From positions 28,671-92,670 of the forward strand of contig CALWZP010000008.1 in NCBI GenBank assembly GCA_944386055.1: a DNA stretch of 64,000 nt. The letters run 5' to 3'. Under the pieces are notes generated by a model that was not told where the DNA came from, did no database searches, and saw only the letters and a program-made list of their open reading frames with translations. The position numbers and the translations under genes were made by a program. This DNA comes from an uncultured Oscillospiraceae bacterium. GTDB taxonomy: Bacteria; Bacillota; Clostridia; Oscillospirales; Oscillospiraceae. Position 1 is the first letter of the stretch; each line of letters starts with the position of its first letter. Shown here in pieces: positions 34,369 through 43,659 of the stretch.

Positions 34369-35469
34369 ATGATGAAAAGGCAAACCATACAAGGAAGGTG
34401 CGTGTTGACCGTGCTGGTGAGCGTGATCGTCCCCGTCTACAATGCGGAAAAGACCCTGGAGCGATGCCTTCGCAGCCTCCAGAGACAGACTTGGAGAGAC
34501 CTGGAGGTCATCGCGGTCAACGACGGGAGCACCGACGGAAGCCTGAAGATCATCCGGAAATACTGCGCCATGGATCCCCGGTTCCGATGCGTGGACAAGG
34601 GGAACACCGGCGTGTCGGACAGCCGCAACCGGGGTATGGCCCTTGCTGCGGGGGAGTATCTCCAATTTGTGGACAGCGACGACTGGATCCCATCCAACTC
34701 CACCCAGCTGATGGTGGAGGCCGTCACCCGAAACAGGGCGGACATGGCCATTGGGGACTACATCCGGGTCAGCCCCTCCTCCACTGCGGAGAAGGGGCAC
34801 ATCCCGAGGGAGGGACGGATCACCCGGGCGGAATATGCCGCCTATATGATGCAGGCGCCGGCAAACTTCTATTACGGCGTGATGTGGAATAAGCTCTACC
34901 GTGCCGATGTGGTGCGGGACAACGGACTTCGGTGCAGCGACGAGCTGAGCTGGTGTGAGGACTTCCGCTTCAATCTGGAGTATCTTCGGTGCATCCAGAG
35001 CGTGGCGGTGCTGTTCCAGCCGGTATACTTCTATGTCAAACGCAAGGGAAGCCTGGTGGATACCCAGGTGGATCTGGCCAACACGGTGAGGACCAAAAAA
35101 GCGCTGTTCCAGGACTATAAAGAGCTGTACGACGACCTGGATATGTATGAGGAGCACAAGCTGCGCATCCAGGCCTTTTATCTGGAGTTTGCCCGGGACG
35201 GTCCCCGCCGCCCCGCCCGGCCGGGTCGGGAACCGGGAAAGAAGGCGCTGAAGCTGAAGCCGTTTAAGAAGGAGAGGTCGAATGATCCGGAGAGGTTTGA
35301 AGCGGGCCTGCCTGGTCTTGGCCATCTATTTGGTCTATCTGGTGATCGGCGCGGCGGCGCCCTTCTGGCAGACACCGGAGTTGCCGTCGGGGGAGCGGGT
35401 GTCGGCGCCGGTGGAGGAGCTGCTGACGGACCGGGAGACGCCGGACCGGGCGCAGATCCTGGAGACTAA
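34369..35469 (+). CDS. Family 2 glycosyltransferase (3' end problematic)
   Basis: It carries VSVIVPVYNAEKTLERCL.SL..QT..D.E.I.VNDGSTD.S and FVDSDD. Alternative starts are a GTG at 34402 and a TTG at 34405. The last 188 nt overlap the next gene out of frame (see findings). Confidence 0.7.
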   Translation: MMKRQTIQGRCVLTVLVSVIVPVYNAEKTLERCLRSLQRQTWRDLEVIAVNDGSTDGSLKIIRKYCAMDPRFRCVDKGNTGVSDSRNRGMALAAGEYLQFVDSDDWIPSNSTQLMVEAVTRNRADMAIGDYIRVSPSSTAEKGHIPREGRITRAEYAAYMMQAPANFYYGVMWNKLYRADVVRDNGLRCSDELSWCEDFRFNLEYLRCIQSVAVLFQPVYFYVKRKGSLVDTQVDLANTVRTKKALFQDYKELYDDLDMYEEHKLRIQAFYLEFARDGPRRPARPGREPGKKALKLKPFKKERSNDPERFEAGLPGLGHLFGLSGDRRGGALLADTGVAVGGAGVGAGGGAADGPGDAGPGADPGD

Positions 35470-36715
35470 CCGTTCCGCCTGGACCGAGCGGCTGCGCCTG
35501 CTCAGCCGGGCGGAGGAGTCCATCGTAATGTCCACCTTCGACATGCGGGACGGGGAGAGCACCCGGGATATCCTGTCGGTGCTGTACCAAAAGGCCCAGG
35601 AGGGGGTGGAGGTGCGCATTCTGGTGGATGGAATCAGCGGCTTTCTCCGCATGGGGGGACGGCCTCTGTTTGAGACCCTTCAGGCACACCCCAACATCGA
35701 GATCCGATTATACAATCCCATCACTTTTTGGACTGTCCTGACCCCGTGGACCACCCAGGGGCGGATGCACGACAAGTATATCATCGTGGACGACCTGGCC
35801 TATGTCCTGGGCGGGCGGAACACCTTTGACTACTTCATCGGGGAGTACCCCACCGACCACCGCAGCCTGGACCGGGAGGTGCTGGTGTACAACGGCGGCC
35901 ACGGCGCGCCGGAGGGGCGGGAGAGCTCCCTGTATCAGGTGCTGGATTACTTCCATCAGGTGTGGAACAGCGAGGCGTGTGCCCCCTATGGAGGCACGGC
36001 GGGGGAGACGGCACAGGAGGAGGTCCAAACCATGCTGCAGGAGCGGTACGATGCCCTGACAGCGGCGGAGCCCGCTCTGTTTGACCCCAGCTACGACTAT
36101 GCGGCGCACACCGTGGAGACCCAGGGAGTGACCCTGCTGTCCAACCCCACCCACATCTATGCCAAGGAGCCTGTGCTCTTTGCCCAGATGATGGCCCTGG
36201 CGGACCGGGCGGAGGAGTCGGTGGTGCTCCACACCCCCTATGCGGTGCTCAATGACACCATGGCCGATACTCTGGCCGCCGTGGCGGAAGAGGTGCCGGT
36301 GACGGTGATGCTCAACGCGGTGGAGAACGGGGACAATGTGGTGGCCTCCAGCGACTACCGCTATCACCGGGACGAGGTGATGGGCACCGGCGTGCAGCTG
36401 CTGGAGTATGCCGGGGGACTGTCCTACCACGGAAAATCCATGGTGGTGGACGGGGAGATCGCCCTCATCGGCTCGTACAACCTGGACCTGCGCAGCACCT
36501 ATGTGGACACCGAGCTGATGGTGGCGGTGCGCAGCCCCCAGCTGGCCCAGGAGCTGCTGGAGTCCATGGAGGGGCTGCACCGGGACTGCCGCCTGGCGTC
36601 CCCGGAGGGGGACACGGTGCCCGACGGCCTGACCATCCCGGAGGCGCCCTGGACCCGGCAGGCGGTGTGGACGGTGCTGGGTCTGGTACTGCAGCCCTTC
36701 CGGATCCTGGTATAA
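35282..36715 (+). CDS. Phospholipase D-like / cardiolipin-synthase-like protein (two HKD motifs)
   Basis: N-terminal TM span, then HDKYIIVDD and HGKSMVVDGE..LIGSYNLDLRS. The ATG follows AAGGAGAGG. Confidence 0.85.
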   Translation: MIRRGLKRACLVLAIYLVYLVIGAAAPFWQTPELPSGERVSAPVEELLTDRETPDRAQILETNRSAWTERLRLLSRAEESIVMSTFDMRDGESTRDILSVLYQKAQEGVEVRILVDGISGFLRMGGRPLFETLQAHPNIEIRLYNPITFWTVLTPWTTQGRMHDKYIIVDDLAYVLGGRNTFDYFIGEYPTDHRSLDREVLVYNGGHGAPEGRESSLYQVLDYFHQVWNSEACAPYGGTAGETAQEEVQTMLQERYDALTAAEPALFDPSYDYAAHTVETQGVTLLSNPTHIYAKEPVLFAQMMALADRAEESVVLHTPYAVLNDTMADTLAAVAEEVPVTVMLNAVENGDNVVASSDYRYHRDEVMGTGVQLLEYAGGLSYHGKSMVVDGEIALIGSYNLDLRSTYVDTELMVAVRSPQLAQELLESMEGLHRDCRLASPEGDTVPDGLTIPEAPWTRQAVWTVLGLVLQPFRILV

Positions 36716-36789
36716 GGAGGCCTGTCGGAGTATAGTCCGGGGAGCGAACGGACATAATGGGAGCATCTGACAAGAAGGAGGAGACGCCC

Positions 36790-37383
36790 ATGTCCGTCCC
36801 ATTTGAACGCAGCCAGACCAAGCAGAACCTGATGCGCGCCTTTGCGGGGGAGAGCCAGGCCCGCAACCGCTATACCTTCGGCGCCAGCCTGGCCAGGGAC
36901 AAAAATCTCCAGGTGATCCAGGGGATCTTCCTGTTCACCGCGGAGCAGGAGAAGGAGCACGCCGAGCTGTACTACAATCTGCTGCGCCCCTTCTGCGGGG
37001 AGAACATCCAGGTGGACGGGAGCTATCCCGTCTCCCTGTTCTCCGATATGGTGGAGTGCCTGCGGGACGCCCAGCACAACGAGTATCAGGAGTGGGAGAA
37101 GGAGTACCGGAGGTTCTCCGAGATCGCCCGGGAGGAGGGCTTTGCCGAGATCGCCAAGACCTTCGCCGATGTGGCGGCCATCGAGCAGACCCACGGCGAC
37201 CGCTTCGGCCGGTACGCCGACATGCTGGAGGAGGGGAGCCTGTTCGCCTCGGACCAGCCGGTGCAGTGGGTGTGCCTCAACTGCGGCCACATCGTGGAGG
37301 CCACCGCCGCCCCCGCCCTGTGCCCCGTGTGCAGCCACGGTCAGGGCTATTTCATCCGGCGGGAGAGCTCTCCCTATATCTGA
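36790..37383 (+). CDS. Rubrerythrin (ferritin-like diiron domain + C-terminal rubredoxin-like CxxC..CxxC)
   Basis: It carries T..NL..AFAGESQARNRY, E..EH and CLNCGH....CPVC. The ATG at 36790 follows AAGGAGGAG. Confidence 0.9.
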   Translation: MSVPFERSQTKQNLMRAFAGESQARNRYTFGASLARDKNLQVIQGIFLFTAEQEKEHAELYYNLLRPFCGENIQVDGSYPVSLFSDMVECLRDAQHNEYQEWEKEYRRFSEIAREEGFAEIAKTFADVAAIEQTHGDRFGRYADMLEEGSLFASDQPVQWVCLNCGHIVEATAAPALCPVCSHGQGYFIRRESSPYI

Positions 37384-37509
37384 GACGGCGTGAGAAGACC
37401 GTGCGGCGCGGAGGGGTCCCGAAGGGGGCTTCCTCCGCGCCGCGCTGTCTGTCCGCCGGTTGACAGCCGGCGGAGTCCCGTGATAGCATGGAGAAAAACG
37501 AGGGGAGGG

Positions 37510-38214
37510 ATGGGGATGTACCCCTGGACAAGAGACCGGGTGGAGTGGTATCAGCGGGCGGTGGCCTTCACCGGCTTTGACCGGGCGCTGGCGGATCTGG
37601 CCGCGGAGGACCTGCCTCTGGAGGAGACGGTCTGCGACCTGGGCTGCGGGACCGGCTATCTGTCCCTGGAGCTGGCCCGCCGGGGATACCGGGTCACGGC
37701 GGTGGATCGGAGCAAGGTGTGTTTGGACTGGCTGCGGGAGGAGACCGCCCGGCGCGGACTGGCGGAGCGGCTGACCGTTTGGGAGACCGACTGGCATCTG
37801 CTGCCCGCCGGGGCGTCGTGGGATCGGGTGATGATGGTATTTGCGGGCAAGCCGGATGTGGAGCTGGAGCGGTATCTGTCCCTGGCCCGGCGGCGGCTGG
37901 TGCTGGTGATCAAGTCCAGCGTCCAGAGCCATGTTCAGGCAGACGGGGTTCCTCCCCTTTACCTCCGGGGCGGCGACGCCGTGGAAGGGGACCTGCGCCG
38001 GCTGGGCCTGCGCTATGCCCGCCGGGACGAGGTACTGGAATTCGGCCAGCCCCTGCGTTCCCGCGCGGAGGCGGAGGAGTACTTGAAGGCGTTCCAGGTG
38101 GACGGCACGGCCCCCGGCAGCGCGCTGGAGCGGCTGGTGGAGACGGAGGACCCGGAGTGGCCCCTTTATCTGCCCAACCGAAAGGCCATGACCGTCTTTT
38201 CCATCACGCGCTGA
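37510..38214 (+). CDS. Class I SAM-dependent methyltransferase
   Basis: It has motif I (VCDLGCGTGYLSLELARRG). The start may be 37510 or 37516. Confidence 0.75.
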   Translation: MGMYPWTRDRVEWYQRAVAFTGFDRALADLAAEDLPLEETVCDLGCGTGYLSLELARRGYRVTAVDRSKVCLDWLREETARRGLAERLTVWETDWHLLPAGASWDRVMMVFAGKPDVELERYLSLARRRLVLVIKSSVQSHVQADGVPPLYLRGGDAVEGDLRRLGLRYARRDEVLEFGQPLRSRAEAEEYLKAFQVDGTAPGSALERLVETEDPEWPLYLPNRKAMTVFSITR

Positions 38215-38222
38215 ATGAAGAG

Positions 38223-38256
38223 GTCCCCGGGGCCGGCATCTGCCGGCCCCGGGGAC
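38223..38256. terminator. Bidirectional terminator hairpin
   Basis: Perfect 16-bp stem GTCCCCGGGGCCGGCA / TGCCGGCCCCGGGGAC between two convergent genes, followed by TTTG. Confidence 0.7.
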
Positions 38257-38260
38257 TTTG

Positions 38261-39649
38261 TTACAGCAGACAGGGGGCCAGCAGCTCCAGGACCTGGGGC
38301 AGGCGGCCGGCGTCGATCCCCGCATAGTTCACCACCAGGGCGTGGGGCTGGACCAGGTGGGGGCGGGCGGTATAGTCGGAGAGAAAAGACAGGCGGATGC
38401 CGGCCTGGGCGGCCAGTGCCTCCGCCTCCCGGTCCGGGCGTCGGGTGTCCAGCTCCAGCAGGAAATGCAGCCCCGCGTGCTCCTCCCGGATGCGGCTGCG
38501 GGGCCCCAGGGGGCTTTGCCGGATGGCCTGGATGACCTGATCCCGCTTGGCGCGGTAAAAGGTCCGCATACGGCCGATATGCCGCTCAAATCCGCCGCCG
38601 TCGAGGAACTTTGCCAGGGTGTGCTGCTCCAGACTGGTGACGGTGCAGGCATAAAACCCCAGCTCACGGCGGTACCGCTCCAGCAGGCGGGAGGGCAGCA
38701 CCATATAGCTGATGCGCAGGGAGGGGGCGATGGTGCGGGAGAAGGTGTTGATGTAGATGACCCGCTGGTCTGCGTCAATGCTCTGCAGGGTGGGGATGGG
38801 GCGGCCGGAAAAACGGAACTCGCTGTCATAGTCGTCTTCGATGACGCAGCGGTCCTCCGTTTGCCCCGCCCAGCGCAGCAGCTCCTGCCGCCGCCCCACC
38901 GGAGTGACGATGCCGGTGGGATAGTGGTGGGAGGGGGACAGATGGAGGATCTGCGTGTCACTGGCGGCCAGGGCGCCCGGATCCACCCCATGGCAATCCA
39001 GGGGCAGCTCCCGCACGGTGACGCCGCAGGCCCGGTAGATCCGGGGGATCTTGGCATAGCCCGGGTCCTCCACCCCATAGACCTTGTCCCGGCCCAGCAG
39101 CTGGACCAGCAGGTTGTACAGATACTCCGTCCCCGCCCCCAGGATCACCTGGTCCGGATGCACGGAGATGCCCCGCGCGCGGTAGAGATAGCCGGCGATG
39201 GCCCGGCGCAGGGCGGGCACCCCCTGGAAGGGGACCGGCTCCAGCAGGGCGGGCCCCTCCTGGGTGAGGACCTGGCGCATCAGCTTGGCCCACAGGCTGA
39301 AGGGGAAGCGGCTGCCCTCCACACTGCCGCCCCGCAGATCCATGAGGCAGGGCGGGGCCAGCGGCGCCGGAAGGAGCGGGGCGGGAGAGGCGGCGGGCAG
39401 ACAGCGGGCCACAGGATTGACAAAATATCCCCGGCGTTCCTGCGAACGGAGGTATCCCTCGGCGACAAGCTGGGAATAGGCGGCCTGCACCGTCACCACG
39501 CTGATCCCAAGCTGGCGGGCCAGGGACCGCTTGGAGGGCAGCTTTTCATGGGCGGAGAGCCGTCCGGAGAGAATATCCTCCCGCAGACAACAGCTGAGAT
39601 ACTCATAGGCGGGGCGGTGCCCCCGCTGGTCCAGCAGATAGGTCAGCAT
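38261..39649 (-). CDS. MocR/PdxR-type regulator (GntR wHTH fused to an aminotransferase class I/II domain)
   Basis: N-terminal LPS.R.LA..LG.S..TV..AY..L.AEGY, followed by a PLP fold-type I domain of about 350 aa. Confidence 0.85.
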   Translation of the reverse strand: MLTYLLDQRGHRPAYEYLSCCLREDILSGRLSAHEKLPSKRSLARQLGISVVTVQAAYSQLVAEGYLRSQERRGYFVNPVARCLPAASPAPLLPAPLAPPCLMDLRGGSVEGSRFPFSLWAKLMRQVLTQEGPALLEPVPFQGVPALRRAIAGYLYRARGISVHPDQVILGAGTEYLYNLLVQLLGRDKVYGVEDPGYAKIPRIYRACGVTVRELPLDCHGVDPGALAASDTQILHLSPSHHYPTGIVTPVGRRQELLRWAGQTEDRCVIEDDYDSEFRFSGRPIPTLQSIDADQRVIYINTFSRTIAPSLRISYMVLPSRLLERYRRELGFYACTVTSLEQHTLAKFLDGGGFERHIGRMRTFYRAKRDQVIQAIRQSPLGPRSRIREEHAGLHFLLELDTRRPDREAEALAAQAGIRLSFLSDYTARPHLVQPHALVVNYAGIDAGRLPQVLELLAPCLL

Positions 39650-39685
39650 GATATGAGCTCCAATCTGGTATGATAATTTTTTATA

Positions 39686-39734
39686 AAAGTGGGTATTTCA
39701 ATCATATCAGATTCTATTAAAATACAAAGTACCC
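39686..39734. promoter_or_regulatory. Candidate MocR/PdxR binding region (AAAGTGGGTAT ... AAAGTACCC)
   Basis: Two AAAGT-containing elements with complementary GGGTA/TACCC cores, in the divergent intergenic region. They resemble the AAAGTGG-type PdxR boxes as I recall them. Confidence 0.3.
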
Positions 39735-39772
39735 GCAAAGGCAAGCGAAATTTTTGACAGGAGTGAGGAACA

Positions 39773-40318
39773 ATGGGCAACAAAGAACGGGATTCCCTGC
39801 GGCGCCTGGTCCAGGCGTCCATGCTGGCGGCCATGGCCTGTGCGGCCACCCTGGTGATCCAGATCCCATCCCCGATGAACGGATATGTGAACCTGGGAGA
39901 CGCTGTGGTGCTGCTCTCCGGCTGGCTGCTGGGGCCTTGGTACGGCTTTGCCGCGGCGGGCGTGGGCTCCATGCTGGCGGATCTGTTCAGCGGCTATGCC
40001 CACTATGCTGCCGGGACCCTTCTCATCAAGGGCGCCATGGCGGCGGTGGCGGGACTGCTGTATGGCGTGGTGTGCCGGGCGGGGAGGCGGCCGCTCCCGG
40101 CGCGGCTGGTCAGCGCTGCGGCGGCGGAAACGGTGATGGTGCTGGGGTATTTTTCCTTCGCCGGACTGTGGCTGGGGAACGGGCTGGCCGCGGCGGCCGG
40201 CATTCCGGGGAATGTGGTCCAGGCGTGCTTCGGCCTGGCGGCGGGCGTCCTGCTGGCGGCGGCGCTGGACCGGGCCGGGGTCAGACCTGCCGGGGGAGGG
40301 ACTGAGCGTAAAATATAG
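39773..40318 (+). CDS. ECF transporter S component (predicted vitamin B6-related, by PdxR linkage)
   Basis: A 181-aa, roughly 6-TM protein with the pattern Y.NLGDAVV...G.LLGP..G..A.G.GS.LADL. It is divergent from the MocR regulator. Confidence 0.7.
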   Translation: MGNKERDSLRRLVQASMLAAMACAATLVIQIPSPMNGYVNLGDAVVLLSGWLLGPWYGFAAAGVGSMLADLFSGYAHYAAGTLLIKGAMAAVAGLLYGVVCRAGRRPLPARLVSAAAAETVMVLGYFSFAGLWLGNGLAAAAGIPGNVVQACFGLAAGVLLAAALDRAGVRPAGGGTERKI

Positions 40319-40409
40319 CGGGAAGGCTTGCCTTTCAGGGGGAAGGCGAATATAATATTTTCTGCACGGTGCGAAATATATCTACATCATGAAAAGGAGT
40401 GCCTTCCCT

Positions 40410-40943
40410 ATGTCCAACATCTGGCATGACATCGACCCCAAGCGCATTACCCCCGAGGACTTTATCGCCGTGGTGGAGATCCCACAGGGCAGCAAAAAGA
40501 AATACGAGCTGGACAAGAGCACCGGTCTGATCATTCTGGACCGGGTGCTGTACACCTCCACCCATTATCCCGCCAACTACGGCTTTATCCCCCGCACCTA
40601 TGGCGATGACGGCGATCCGCTGGATGTGCTGGTGCTGTGCTCCGAGGCACTGGACCCCCTGGTGCTGGTGCGCTGCTACCCCATCGGGGTGATCAAGATG
40701 CTGGACAACGGCCGCAACGACGAGAAGATCATCGCCGTCCCCTTCTCTGACCCGACCTTCAATACCATTCAGGATCTGTCTGAGCTGCCCGCCCACCGCT
40801 TTGATGAGATGGCCCACTTTTTCACGGTGTACAAGGCCCTGGAGGGCAAAGAGACCGTGGCCGGCGATGTGATGGGCCGGGATGAGGCCGTCAACATCAT
40901 CAAAGGCGCCTTGGCCAATTACATCGAAAACTTCTGCAAGTGA
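40410..40943 (+). CDS. ppa: Inorganic pyrophosphatase, family I
   Basis: It carries EIP.GS..KYE.D and YP.NYGFIP.T...DGDPLDVLV. The ATG at 40410 follows AAGGAG. Confidence 0.9.
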   Translation: MSNIWHDIDPKRITPEDFIAVVEIPQGSKKKYELDKSTGLIILDRVLYTSTHYPANYGFIPRTYGDDGDPLDVLVLCSEALDPLVLVRCYPIGVIKMLDNGRNDEKIIAVPFSDPTFNTIQDLSELPAHRFDEMAHFFTVYKALEGKETVAGDVMGRDEAVNIIKGALANYIENFCK

Positions 40944-40983
40944 CCCAGGGACCCGACAAAGCTGATACAAGGAGTCTGCCCCC

Positions 40984-41694
40984 ATGCTCGCAACATTCAT
41001 CAATGCCGCCTTGATCCTGGCCGGCAGCGCCATCGGCCTGCTCTTCCGAAACCGAATCAGCCAGCGCTTTGCCGCCGTGGTTACCCATGCTCTGGGCCTG
41101 TGCGTGATGGGGATCGGAATCACCTCGCTGGTGGGGACGGAGAATACGCTATGCGTTATCATATGCATGGTGGTGGGTACCCTCCTGGGGGAGGCGCTGC
41201 GCATCGAGGAGCGGCTGGACGGGGCCGGTGTGCTGCTGCGGGACAAGCTGATCCGGGGAGAGGGCAGCAGCCGTTTCACCGAGGGGTTCGTCACCGCATC
41301 CATCCTGTACTGCGTGGGCTCCATGGCGGTGATGGGGGCCATGGAGGCGGGGATCAACCATGACTACTCCATCCTCATCTCCAAGGGGGTCATCGACGGG
41401 GTCACCTCCATCAGCTTCGCCGCCGCCATGGGGATCGGCGTGGCCTTTTCCGTGGTGCCGCTGGTGCTGTATCAGGGGGCGCTGACCCTGATCTTCGCCG
41501 CCGCAGGCCAGGGGATGGATCCCGCGGTGATCACTGAAATGAGCGCTGTGGGCGGCACCATCATTCTGGGCATCGGCATCAATATGCTGGGGCTGGCTCC
41601 TGTAAAGCTGAAAGTGGGCAATATGCTGCCCGCCATCTTCCTGCCGCTGCTGTATATCCCGGTGGCAAACCTTTTGTCCGGACTGATTTTGTGA
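40984..41694 (+). CDS. DUF554 family membrane protein
   Basis: The pattern is MLATFINAALILAGSAIGLL...I, a polytopic protein of about 235 aa typical of YdfK/DUF554. Confidence 0.7.
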   Translation: MLATFINAALILAGSAIGLLFRNRISQRFAAVVTHALGLCVMGIGITSLVGTENTLCVIICMVVGTLLGEALRIEERLDGAGVLLRDKLIRGEGSSRFTEGFVTASILYCVGSMAVMGAMEAGINHDYSILISKGVIDGVTSISFAAAMGIGVAFSVVPLVLYQGALTLIFAAAGQGMDPAVITEMSAVGGTIILGIGINMLGLAPVKLKVGNMLPAIFLPLLYIPVANLLSGLIL

Positions 41695-41794
41695 GCAAAG
41701 GGCGGGAGCGGCACAGGCCCGAAACACAGGGTTTTGCACAACGGAAAAAATTTTTTCTTTTTCCTCTTTACAAGCGGAGAAAAATGTGATAGCA

Positions 41795-41823
41795 TTGACG
41801 ATGCAAAGAATTATTACTATTAA
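41795..41823 (+). promoter_or_regulatory. perR promoter (-35 TTGACG, 17 nt, -10 TATTAA) overlapped by a Fur/PerR-box-like AT-rich element AATTATTACTATTAA
   Basis: Hexamers were read directly. The AT-rich 15-mer at 41809-41823 resembles the TTATAAT-N-ATTATAA PerR box. Confidence 0.4.
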
Positions 41824-41846
41824 GGACCGCAGGAGAGGATATCCCA

Positions 41847-42263
41847 ATGGAACATGCAATTCGTTACAGCAAGAAGCGAGAGGCGATCCTTGATGCCATC
41901 CGCAGCACCCATGTCCATCCCACGGCTGAGTGGGTGTACCAGACGCTGAAGCCCACCCACCCGGACCTGAGCCTGGGTACGGTATACCGCAACCTCACCT
42001 TTTTCCGGGAGCAGGGGATGATCCGCAGCGTAGGGGTCATCGGCGGGCAGGAGCACTTTGACGGCGACCTGTCTCCCCACAGCCACTTCATCTGCCTGGA
42101 GTGCGGCGCGGTGTACGACCTGCCCCGGCCGGAGACGCTGGAGGGCCTGGACCAGCGGGTGAGCGAGCACTATGGCGTTCAGGTGGACAGCTGTGACCTG
42201 ACCCTTCGGGGCGTGTGCCGCAAATGCCTGGAGAACCGCGCCGAGGACGACCAAGCCGTGTAA
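41847..42263 (+). CDS. perR: Fur family peroxide-responsive repressor (PerR-like)
   Basis: It carries HPTAEWVY......P.LSLGTVYRNL, H.HF.C..CG and C..C. It sits upstream of rubrerythrin and rubredoxin genes. Confidence 0.8.
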   Translation: MEHAIRYSKKREAILDAIRSTHVHPTAEWVYQTLKPTHPDLSLGTVYRNLTFFREQGMIRSVGVIGGQEHFDGDLSPHSHFICLECGAVYDLPRPETLEGLDQRVSEHYGVQVDSCDLTLRGVCRKCLENRAEDDQAV

Positions 42264-42332
42264 TCCGTCCTCTCGGACGGAACACCTATATCCATTTCAA
42301 ACGCAAAAATAAAAAACAGGAGGAAACAAAAC

Positions 42333-42920
42333 ATGAAAAAGTTTGTCTGCACCGTCTGTGGTTATGTGTATGAAGGGGAGCAGCCCCCCGCCGAGTGTCC
42401 CGTGTGCCATGTTCCCGGCGATAAGTTCGTGGAGATGAAGGGCGAAGTGAAGCTGGCCGCGGAGCATGAGTACGGCATCTATGCCAAGACGGTGAAGAAC
42501 AATGCCGATATCTCCGCCGAGGACAAGGCCTATATCCTGGAGCAGCTGAAGGCCAACTTCACCGGCGAGTGCTCTGAGGTGGGCATGTACCTGTGCATGG
42601 CCCGCATCGCCCACCGCGAGGGCTATCCTGAGATCGGCCTGTACTGGGAGAAGGCCGCCTATGAGGAGGCCGAGCACGCCGCCAAGTTTGCCGAGCTGCT
42701 GGGCGAGGAGCTGGAGCCCAACATGAAGGCGGACACCAAGGCCAACCTGGCCTGGCGTGTGGACTGCGAGTTCGGCGCCACCCAGGGCAAGGTGGATCTG
42801 GCTGCCTGTGCCAAGCGCAACAATCTGGATGCCATCCACGACACCGTCCACGAGATGGCCCGCGACGAGGCCCGTCACGGCAAGGCGCTGAAGGGCCTGC
42901 TGGACCGCTACTTCGGCTGA
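42333..42920 (+). CDS. Reverse rubrerythrin (N-terminal rubredoxin-like CxxC..CxxC + ferritin-like diiron domain)
   Basis: The N-terminus is [19 protein letters not shown], followed by E..EH motifs. The SD is AGGAGG. Confidence 0.85.
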   Translation: MKKFVCTVCGYVYEGEQPPAECPVCHVPGDKFVEMKGEVKLAAEHEYGIYAKTVKNNADISAEDKAYILEQLKANFTGECSEVGMYLCMARIAHREGYPEIGLYWEKAAYEEAEHAAKFAELLGEELEPNMKADTKANLAWRVDCEFGATQGKVDLAACAKRNNLDAIHDTVHEMARDEARHGKALKGLLDRYFG

Positions 42921-42945
42921 ATCCGGCGGGAAAAGGAGCAGAGCC

Positions 42946-43101
42946 ATGGATCAGTATAAGTGCCCCTGCGGCTATATCTACGACCCGGCAACGGGCGATC
43001 CCGACCACGGCGTCGCACCCGGGACCCCCTGGGAAGCCGTGCCGGCGGACTGGGTGTGCCCCATCTGCGGACTGGAGAAGGAGACCTTTGAGAAGGTCTG
43101 A
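42946..43101 (+). CDS. Rubredoxin (51 aa)
   Basis: Hand-translated: [51 protein letters not shown]. The SD is AAAGGAG. It is too short for the ORF track. Confidence 0.9.
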   Translation: MDQYKCPCGYIYDPATGDPDHGVAPGTPWEAVPADWVCPICGLEKETFEKV

Positions 43102-43111
43102 GAACAGGAAA

Positions 43112-43148
43112 CAGAGGAGCGAAGTCGTACTTCGCTCCTCTGTTTTTT
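43112..43148 (+). terminator. Rho-independent terminator
   Basis: Perfect 14-bp stem CAGAGGAGCGAAGT / ACTTCGCTCCTCTG followed by TTTTTT. Confidence 0.85.
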
Positions 43149-43250
43149 CGCCGCAATTGGGAAATAAGACCGGAACAGGAGTAAAGATGGTCTTGCCAGG
43201 CGATACTGAGAAAGAGATCACCCCGCCCCGGCGGAGAGAGGAGGTAAGAA

Positions 43251-43409
43251 ATGGCGGAGCGGTATGAGTGCCCCTGCGGCTATGTCTATGATCCGGCGGA
43301 GGGCGACCCCGACCACGGCATCGCCCCCGGTACCCCCTGGGAGAAGGTGCCGGACGACTGGGTGTGCCCCGTGTGCGCCCTGGGGAAGGACTCCTTTGAA
43401 AAAATCTGA
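43251..43409 (+). CDS. Rubredoxin (52 aa), second paralog
   Basis: Hand-translated: [52 protein letters not shown]. The SD is GAGAGGAGG. Confidence 0.9.
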   Translation: MAERYECPCGYVYDPAEGDPDHGIAPGTPWEKVPDDWVCPVCALGKDSFEKI

Positions 43410-43659
43410 AGAGGAAGAAGAGGGACGCGGAGCGTGTGCTTCACGCCCCTTTTCCATTCCTGAGGACACTGCCTGCGGAGAGAGCGGAGGGCGCTTACAG
43501 GAGGAATGCGACACATTCCTTTAAAATTCGGCATAACGCACAGGAATGGAAAGCGGTGTTCGTGGGAATCGCCAGTAGGAAGGGGAGCTGGTTTCGCCTA
43601 TAATAGAGACCGTGTCCATGGAGGATGGACAGCGCAGAGTGAAGGAGCGGAGCGCAGAG

